Source of the DNA: Eledone cirrhosa
Lineage: Eukaryota
DNA: 64,000 bases
Direction of reading: 5' to 3'
Assembly: GCA_964016885.1 (NCBI GenBank)
Contig: OZ024757.1
Span: 2,480,001 to 2,544,000, forward strand
A program made the position numbers and the translations under genes. Of the stretch, positions 56,221 through 64,000 are shown in pieces. The notes under the pieces were generated by a model that did not search any database, was not told where the DNA came from, and saw only the letters and a list, made by a program, of their open reading frames with translations. Within the stretch, counting starts at the first letter, position 1, and each line of letters starts with the position of its first letter.

Positions 56221-56824
56221 CAGGTCACCAGTTGGTGCTACTGGTAACATGTATCCCAGTACAACCTGTCTCATGGTCGGGTCGTTGGCGACTAAGCTGG
56301 CAACCCCACCACCGTTTCTTGGTGAGGAGGGTGACTTTGGACATCCTGCAGGACTAAAAACAAAACCTGTCGAAGGGCAAAGGAGCTCTTAAGAGTCAAT
56401 GGCCATGCAACATCACCGGGAGAGATGACCCCTTAGCCTTTGTCAAGGCAGAATTCTAGAAGGAAAACTCTAATATAACACTTGCAACCCTGATGGTATC
56501 CAATGATGTTGACTTGTTCTTCTTTTTGATAAATATCATCTTGGTTAAGAGAGTGGGACTGGCTTTGTGCAGTGCCTTTGCTCACTATAAAAGCTTCACG
56601 GCACAGGCATTGCTTTATATCTGGAGATCTCTCTGCATTGTCGTCACATGGTACCATGGGCCCAGCACTATGTGTCAATAATTGTCACAAGTGTAGTGTT
56701 TGTACCAGAGTTTTCAAGTCGCTGGCTGGACTAAAAAGCCACACTCGTTCAGCGCATCGGTAGGGGTTCTCCTACATGGATATAAAGTAGTGGCCGTACT
56801 CGAAAACGAGTTGTCAGCCACCAT
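56221..56824 (+). mobile_element. ~600-bp non-autonomous retroelement, probably an internally deleted RTE-type LINE derivative (copy 1)
   Basis: Second copy at 57394-58001. Ends with a C2H2 finger remnant [23 protein letters not shown] (56692-56763), a short 3' hairpin (CTCG aaaa CGAG) and a (TA)n tail. Confidence 0.7.
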
Positions 56825-57013
56825 ATATATATATATATATACATACATAAAACACATATATATAAACATATATACACATATATATACACATACACATACA
56901 CACAAATATACATACATATATACACACACATACACGTATATACATATACATACATATATACACACACATACACATATATACATATATATACACATATATA
57001 TATATATACACAC

Positions 57014-57112
<99 letters not shown>

Positions 57113-57209
57113 TACATATATATATATACATACATATACACATACATACACATACATATACATACATAAACACATATATATTTATACATATATATACATA
57201 TATATACGC

Positions 57210-57267
<58 letters not shown>
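56825..57267. repeat. (TA)n/(CA)n compound microsatellite
   Basis: Seen directly. Confidence 0.97.
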
Positions 57268-57270
<3 letters not shown>

Positions 57271-57341
57271 AACGAGTAAGACCCCGGGGTCCTACTCGTT
57301 CCTATTACCCACTCTACTACCCTAAGTATTGAGTACTTAGG
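57266..57341. other. 40-bp near-perfect palindrome plus a second 21-bp hairpin
   Basis: ATAGGAACGAGTAAGACCCC|GGGGTCCTACTCGTTCCTAT (57266-57305, one mismatch); CCTAAGTA ttgag TACTTAGG (57321-57341). Confidence 0.9.
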
Positions 57342-57393
57342 TGCGTTATGGTCCACCTGGTTCCTTACCACATTTCTTTCGTTATATATATAT

Positions 57394-58001
57394 ATGGTGG
57401 CTGCCAACTCGTTTTCGAGTACGGCCACTACTTTATATTCATGTAGGAGAACCCCTACCGATGCGCTGAACAAGTGTGACTTTTTAGTCCACCCAGCGAC
57501 TTGAAAACTCTGCTACAAACACTACACTTGTGACAATTATTGACACATAGTGCTGGGCCCATGGTACCATGTGACGACAAGTGCAGAGAGATCTCCAGAT
57601 ATAAAGAAATGCCTGTGCTGTGAAGCTTTTATAGTGAGCAAAGGCACTGCACAAAACCAGTCCCACTCTCTTAACCAAGATGATATTTACCAAAAAGAAG
57701 AAAAAGTCAACATCATTGGATACCATCAGAGTTGCAGGTGTTATATCAGAGTTTTTCTTCTCCTAGAATTCTGCCTTGACAAAGGCTAAGGGGTCATCTC
57801 TCCCGGTGATTTTGGATGGCCATTGACGCTTAAGAGCTCCTTTGCCCTTTGACAGGTTTTGTTTTTAGTCCTGCAGGATGTCCAAAGTCACCCTCCTCAT
57901 CAAGAAACGTTGGTGGGGTTGCCAGTTTAGTCGCCAACGACCCGACCATGAGACAGGTTGTACTGGGATACATGTTACCAGTAGCACCAACTGGTGACCT
58001 G
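57394..58001 (-). mobile_element. ~600-bp RTE-derived element, copy 2 (inverted)
   Basis: Reverse complement of 56221-56824 with scattered substitutions; the ORF track gives matching peptides on opposite strands. Confidence 0.8.
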
Positions 58002-58002
58002 A

Positions 58003-58115
58003 CATATATATATATATACATACACACACACACATATATATATACATATACACACATATATATACACATACATACATATTTATATACACACACATATATA
58101 TATACATATATATAT

Positions 58116-58149
<34 letters not shown>

Positions 58150-58170
58150 TTATATATATATATATATATA
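58003..58170. repeat. (TA)n/(CA)n microsatellite
   Basis: Seen directly. Confidence 0.97.
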
Positions 58171-58212
58171 TACAATATATTAACAAATGGAAACTATATT
58201 TATAAAACCATA

Positions 58213-58282
58213 TTTATTTCATTATACATATTTCAAGGGCTCCCAAGGCAAACTATGGTGCGCTTTCATCAGATAAAATATA
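58213..58282 (-). ncRNA. Minimal hammerhead ribozyme motif (HHR-3a, left arm)
   Basis: Reverse-complement copy of HHR-3b with intact CTGATGA/GAAA and a weaker stem II. Confidence 0.7.
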
Positions 58283-58401
58283 ATATAGGTTAGTTTTATA
58301 AATAAATATTGACATACCCTGAAAAAATCTAGGAGATTCCAACCAGAATGGTTGCATTTTTTCAGGGTATGTCAATATTTATTTATAAAACTAACCTATA
58401 T

Positions 58402-58470
58402 TATATTTTATCTGATGAAAGCGCACCATAGTTTGCCTTGGTGTCCTTGAAATATGTATAATGAAATATA
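58402..58470 (+). ncRNA. Minimal hammerhead ribozyme motif (HHR-3b, right arm)
   Basis: TATATTTTAT-CTGATGA-AAGcGCACCA tagtttgcct TGGTGTcCTT-GAA-ATATGTAT-A-ATGAAATATA: 10-bp stem I, long stem II, self-complementary stem III (with G-U), AUA triplet. Confidence 0.8.
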
Positions 58471-58597
58471 TATGGTTTTATAAATATAGTTTCCATTTGT
58501 TAATATATTGTATTTACTCCAATAATTTGTTGAGTGCTTTATATAAGCTATAAACATATTTTGCTTGTTGTATCCCAACAAATTAAATATAACCTCT

Positions 58598-58654
<57 letters not shown>

Positions 58655-58904
58655 CACTAACATACACATACATATACACACATATATACATATATATACA
58701 TATATACACACACATATATACATATATATATACACACACACACATATATATATACACACATAAACATATATATATACATATACATATATATATATATATA
58801 TATACACATACATACACATACATATACATAGATACATAGATACATATTTATATATATATATACATATACATACATATATATATATATACATATATACACA
58901 CACA

Positions 58905-58964
<60 letters not shown>

Positions 58965-58977
58965 CATATATATATAC

Positions 58978-59018
<41 letters not shown>

Positions 59019-59091
59019 CATATATATATATACATATATATATATATACATATACACATATATATATACATACATACATATATACACACAC

Positions 59092-59140
<49 letters not shown>

Positions 59141-59200
59141 CACATACATACACATATATACATACACACACACACACATATATATATGTATATATATATA
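58598..59200. repeat. (CA)n/(TA)n compound microsatellite
   Basis: Seen directly. Confidence 0.97.
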
Positions 59201-59639
59201 TCTTAAGGTTTGTTGGTTCACCACTGGATAGAACTGGTCATTCCGTATGGTCAATCCTGGTGTAATATTGTGAAGAGTACTCAATGCGGTGCAGTTCACC
59301 CATCTTCGTTTGTGTAGTTGGTGGTGCGAATACGGAGTTAATTATAAATGAAATAACAGGAGGCTGGACTGGTGTAAATCCTTGAAACGTTTATTATACT
59401 ATGATCATTTCAATGACCGGGTTCCATATGAATCCAGTGATATCATCGGGTATTGGAATATAACGAAGGAATATGTAAAAAGCCATGGGTCCGAGAAACC
59501 AGAGACAGAGAGGACGGCTGACCAACTAGCTTCACAGCCAGCGGCCCTCAAAGTGCTGGCAACCGAAAACTACCAATGAATATCTGGTAAGGGGGCGCAG
59601 GCCTATCATGTACTACCACCACTCCGTCAAAGAAGAAGA

Positions 59640-59677
<38 letters not shown>

Positions 59678-59712
59678 AAAGGAGAAAGAAGTGTAGTGTA
59701 AGGGTCAAACTA
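59201..59712 (-). mobile_element. ~0.5-kb direct repeat copy 1, hammerhead-bearing (Penelope pseudo-LTR/retrozyme-like)
   Basis: TCTTAAGGTTTGTTGG...AGGGTCAAACTA is repeated at 61271-61752; contains a (GAAA)n tract and a hammerhead motif. Confidence 0.7.
59396..59453 (-). ncRNA. Hammerhead motif HHR-4a (core variant CCGATGA)
   Basis: Same as HHR-4b with one core substitution and one stem II substitution. Confidence 0.65.
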
Positions 59713-60718
59713 CATTCATGCTAGAAAATGCCGCGAAAAAAAATGCTACCCAAAGAATCTATAGTGGGTGTCTGTATGGTCTAACGTATGAACTGAAGAT
59801 TGGAACGCTAAACTTATGTTGCGAGTTATAGGATGAAATAAATTGAATTAAAAATATTATATAGCAAAATGGTAAATTGAAAAATAGAGGTAGCGAGATT
59901 TATTTAACGAACTTACGGAGAGAGTCTTATATGAACATTTTTTTTTAATTTTAACTCGATAAGATATTAGGATGGGATACAGAGTAAAGATTTCGATTGG
60001 GAATCCCAGCCAGCACACCCACCACCATGAGTCAGCCAGTCTCGAGTGGTATCGTCCAGCGAAAGAAATGGAAATAAATTTTTCCGAGTACTCTAGGAAC
60101 GTAGCTAACTTTGGCACCGGGATCGCTAGCGGGAACTCCACAATTTCGACAGGCCATCGTCTATACCACGAATACTATTAAATCACACATTAGGGGTTTA
60201 TTTACGTGTGAATAGAGGCATGATACAGCCAATAGTTGTGCCCAAACCTGGAGTTTGTTGGTATAGGTATAATTAGGCGGCCAAAACAGGTGGCGCGGTG
60301 GGACTGGGGCAGAGCAAGCCACTCCGAGTAATTTCATTTACCGAAAGAGGAGAAATTTATTTTTCCGCGCACTCATGGAAGGCTGAACTTTCCGAGTGCC
60401 CAGCGCGCAGCCGGGAAAAAGCCACCACACAAGTTAAACAATGAAAAGTGCAAATAGATCAAAAATATTTTAAATTATTTTAAAGTCCCAGTTAGTCCGG
60501 GTTATAGGTAGTGTGGTTCTTAGGTGGGTAGGGGGCTATGAAGGTGCATATAATGACCTGAGTAAGGAAAAGTTACAAAAAAATACCAATACATTGATAA
60601 AAATATATTAATAAAATAATAGAAAATAATAAAATAATAAAATATACATTAATGAGATAGTAAAAAAATTAATAAAGGTAAATAAGAGTGAATATAGATC
60701 AAGTTGTAGTAAGATAAT

Positions 60719-60900
60719 TGTTTCTACTTTAGGCACAAGGCCAGCAATTACTCAGTGCATTACTGGTACTTTATTTTATCGACCCCGTAAGGATGAAAGG
60801 CAAAGTCAACCTCGGCGGGATTTGAACTCAGATCGTAAAGGGACGTAACTATGCTGGAAAGCATGGCGTCCGACCCTCTACCGATACTGCCAATCCACCA
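60719..60900 (-). mobile_element. tRNA-derived SINE with a 13-bp target-site duplication
   Basis: Minus strand has A box TGGCAGTATCGG, B box GAGTTCAAATCC, then GCCTTTCATCCTTACGGGGTCGATAAAATAAAGTACCAG. GTAGTAAGATAAT is duplicated at 60706-60718 and 60901-60913. Confidence 0.9.
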
Positions 60901-61270
60901 GTAGTAAGATAATATAAGTTGTACATATAGATACAGATATAGAGGATGGAGGAGATGGAATGGTAACAGATTGTACCTAGCATAAAGTTCGGGTTCTGAA
61001 TTCAGTGCGAGTCACAAAAAGTCCTGAGGTATAGAGTAGAGAATTCAGTCAATACAATACAAGTTTTAGTATAATACGTAGAGTTTTGTCGGAATCGGAA
61101 TCATTCCGACAAGGAAGTGGTATCAGGTGGCGGTCGATAAGGCGCAGAGCAGCCAAAATCCGAATGGCAAGTAGATCAGTTAATCCCATGCTGGTAATAG
61201 CTGTACACTGAAGTCAGTGTCGCTGTTCAATATTACATTTTGAAGTGCTCAACAATATAGGAGCATTATT

Positions 61271-61752
61271 TCTTAAGGTTTGTTGGTTCACCACTGGATA
61301 GAACTGGTCATACAGTATGGTCAATCCTTGTGAAGAGTACTCAACGCAGTGCAGTTCACCCATCTTCGTTTGTGTAGTTGGTGGTGCGAATACGGAGTTA
61401 ATTATAAATGAAATAACAGGAGGCTGGACTGGTGTAAATCCTTGAAAGGTTTATTATACTATGATCATTTCAATGACCGGGTTCCATATGAATCCGGTGA
61501 TATCATCAGGTATTGGAATATAACAAAGGAATATGTAAAAAGCCATGGGTCCGAGAAACCAGAGACATAGAGGACAGCTGACCAACTAGCTTCACAGCCA
61601 GCCGCCCTCAAAGTGTTGGCAACCGAAAACTACCAATAAATATCTGGTAAGGGGGCGCAGGCCTATCATGTACTACCACCACTCCGTCAAAGAAGAAGAG
61701 GAAGAAAGAAAGAAAGAAAGGGAGAAAGAAGTGTAGTATAAGGGTCAAACTA
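61271..61752 (-). mobile_element. ~0.5-kb direct repeat copy 2, hammerhead-bearing
   Basis: Direct repeat of 59201-59712 with small indels and substitutions. Confidence 0.7.
61456..61513 (-). ncRNA. Minimal hammerhead ribozyme motif HHR-4b (canonical core)
   Basis: Minus strand: ATAC-CTGATGA-tatcACCGG attcatatggaac CCGGTcatt-GAA-ATGATCAT-A-GTAT; perfectly palindromic stem III, AUA triplet. Confidence 0.8.
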
Positions 61753-61804
61753 TAGTATAATAAACCTTTCAAGGATTTACACCAGTCCAGCCTCCTGTTA
61801 TTTC

Positions 61805-61811
<7 letters not shown>
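61753..61811. repeat. ~59-bp inverted copy of 61403-61461 abutting direct repeat copy 2
   Basis: TAGTATAATAAACCTTTCAAGGATTTACACCAGTCCAGCCTCCTGTTATTTCATTTATA is the reverse complement. Confidence 0.92.
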
Positions 61812-61901
<90 letters not shown>

Positions 61902-62070
61902 CATACATATATATATATAAACACGTACATACATACATTTATATATATGACAGGCATAAACGCATACACACACGTATGCATACATTCATACATGCATACA
62001 TACACACCTTCATGCACACACACATACATACAGATATGTATACACACACACGCACACACACATATATGTA
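61808..62070. repeat. (TA)n/(CATA)n/(CA)n microsatellite
   Basis: Seen directly. Confidence 0.95.
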
Positions 62071-62651
62071 GTGGTCTGATTAGATGGTTAATAATATTGC
62101 TTGTGGTGTGATTGTTCACTTGACTGGTTGTGTTGTTGATGTGACGGAGGTGGGTCTGCTTTGATGAATAGTAACTTTCATGTATGTCGGCCAGCTGACA
62201 TGAAATGCGCCCTTTTCTAGGATTGGAGAGCAATGTGGAGTTTCTCTGAGAGGCGCAGATGTTTCTCTCTGCTAGTGCCGTGTCACCGATAGACCACGTG
62301 ATTGATAGATCACGTGATACTTATACCTACTCCTGCATCATTTGAATTTCAAACGTGTTTGGGGATAATGTGGCAGTAGTGAGCCGATCTATTGTGTTAG
62401 TGTTGATACCACGAATAATCCTCCCCCACCCGCTTATTCATTTTTCAGACCCTCCCCGCTCTTATTCCAACTCGTCACCTCCCTCTTATTAAATTTTACT
62501 AATCTTTCTCCGGCGAAATGTTATTGTAAGTAGCAGCATTCCGGCGACATCTCTGTAGACATTAAAAGACATTCTACACAAAACAGGGATACCATTCCTT
62601 ATAAAAACAACACAAATAAACAAAGAACTCTACGGTGACAACATAGAACAT

Positions 62652-63672
62652 TTATTCCCCCACCCTCTCCTGCTTATACCCCCACCCTCACACTTATCCC
62701 CCCACCCTCCCGCTTATTCCACCCACCCTCACACTTATCCCCCCACCCTCCCGCTTATTCCACCCACCCTCACACTTATCCCCCCACCCTCCCGCTTATT
62801 CCACCCACCCTCACACTTATCCCCCCCTCTCGCTTACCCCCCCCCCCCCCCTCACACTTATTCCACCCATCCTCCCGCTTATTCCCCCACCCTCCCGCTT
62901 ATTCCCCCACCCTCCCGCTTATTACACCCACCCTCACACTTATCCCCCCCACCCTTCTCGCTTATCCCCCACCCTCTCGCTTATTCCCCACCCTCCCGCT
63001 TATTCCACCCACCCTCACACTTACCCACCCTCTCGCTTACCCCCCCCCACACACTTATTCCACCCACCCTCCCGCTTATTCCCCCACCCTCCCGCTTATT
63101 CCCCCACCCTCCCGCTTATTCCCCCACCCTCCCGCTTATTCCCCCACCCTCCCGCCTATTCCATCCACCCTCACACTTATTCCCCCACCCTTCTCGCTTA
63201 TACCCCCACCCTCCCGCTTATTACACCCACCCTCACACTTATCCCCCCACCCTTCTCGCTTATACCCCCACCCTCCCGCTTATTACACCCACTCTCACAC
63301 TTATTCCCCCACCCTTCTCGCTTATACCCCCACCCTTCCGCTTATTCCACCCACCCTCACACTTATTCCCCCACCCTTCTCGCTTATACGCCACCCTCCC
63401 GCTTATACCCCCACCCTCCCGCTTATACCCCCACCCTCACACTTATTCCCCCACCCTTCCCGCTTATTCCCCCACCCTTTCGCTTACTCCCTCACCCCTC
63501 CCCCGCTTATACCGCCACCTCTCCCGCTTAAACCCACCCCACCCCTCCCGCTTACCCCCACCCGCCCCTCCCGCGTACCCCACCCCTCCCGCTTATTTCC
63601 CCACCCTTCCCGATTATTCTCCCACCCTCCCGCGTACTCCCCCACCTCTCCCGCTTATTCCCCCACCCCATT
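62652..63672. repeat. C-rich ~20-21-bp minisatellite (CCCCCACCCTCCCGCTTATT and variants)
   Basis: Seen directly, about 50 variable units. Confidence 0.93.
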
Positions 63673-63799
63673 ATTAGAGACCCGAGAGTAATCCCTTCAC
63701 ATAATTTCTCACCGTCATAGCCACACCCCTTGCCCCACCGGTGGGGCGGAATTAATCCAGTAATGTGTCACTGGGATTTAACTCCATGTTGTTAGTGAA

Positions 63800-64000
63800 G
63801 ACATTGGTGGCGGGGTGGTGGTGGTGTAGTGGTGGGGGACGACATTGGTGGCGGGGTGGTGGTGGTGTAGTGGTGGGGACAACATTGGTGGTGGTGTAGT
63901 GGTGGGGACAACATTGGTGGTGGGGTGGTGGTGGTGTAGTGGTGGGGACAACATTGGTTGTAGTGGTGGGAATGACATTGGTGGCGGGGTGGTGGTGGTG
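63800..64000. repeat. G-rich (GGT)-based minisatellite, unit GACATTGGTGGCGGGGTGGTGGTGGTGTAGTGGTGGGGAC and shorter variants; runs off the right edge
   Basis: Seen directly. Confidence 0.9.

Larger units (their letters stand above)
58170..58513. repeat. Foldback: ~159-bp inverted arms (58170-58328, 58356-58513) with a 27-bp spacer
   Basis: Arms are reverse complements with only a few differences. Confidence 0.95.

Noticed and set aside
56572-56763. Host C2H2 zinc-finger gene
   Set aside because: Single finger at the 3' end of a duplicated retroelement-like unit, with a frameshifted second copy.
56700-59299. Tyr/Ile-rich ORFs
   Set aside because: Translations of (TA)n/(CA)n tracts.
59343-59397. 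Plus-strand hammerhead-like GAAACGTTTA with TATAA/TTATA flanks
   Set aside because: No CUGANGA core.
59790-59850. CTGAAGA...GAAA as another hammerhead, or ELKIGTLN as a LINE endonuclease start
   Set aside because: No pairing stems I/III; the peptide is followed by stops and no further endonuclease motifs were recognised.
62288-62319. Tandem CACGTG E-boxes as a promoter
   Set aside because: A 16-bp local duplication with no gene to link it to.

Overview
Repeat-dominated eukaryotic DNA with no supportable host gene. The SINE content looks molluscan, probably cephalopod (inference). Bases 1-46.4 kb are about 1030 head-to-tail copies of a 45-bp satellite with kb-scale higher-order repeats. The monomer resembles the CORE domain of a tRNA-derived SINE whose head is still attached at the right end of the array (minus strand). 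Next come microsatellites, a 41-bp minisatellite (32 units) and a 5'-truncated RTE-type LINE on the minus strand; two internal LINE segments have each expanded in place into a different 51-bp minisatellite (60 and about 9 units). The last 11 kb is a mosaic of retroelement pieces separated by (TA)n/(CA)n tracts. It carries six type I hammerhead-ribozyme-like motifs in four sequence contexts (Penelope pseudo-LTR/retrozyme-like), including a ~0.5-kb direct-repeat pair and a 159-bp foldback. It also holds an inverted pair of ~600-bp RTE-derived elements around a 40-bp palindrome, a SINE with a 13-bp TSD, and C-rich and G-rich minisatellites. The long ORFs in the track are by-products of repeat units that are multiples of 3. 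Family assignments are by recognition from memory, not database searches.
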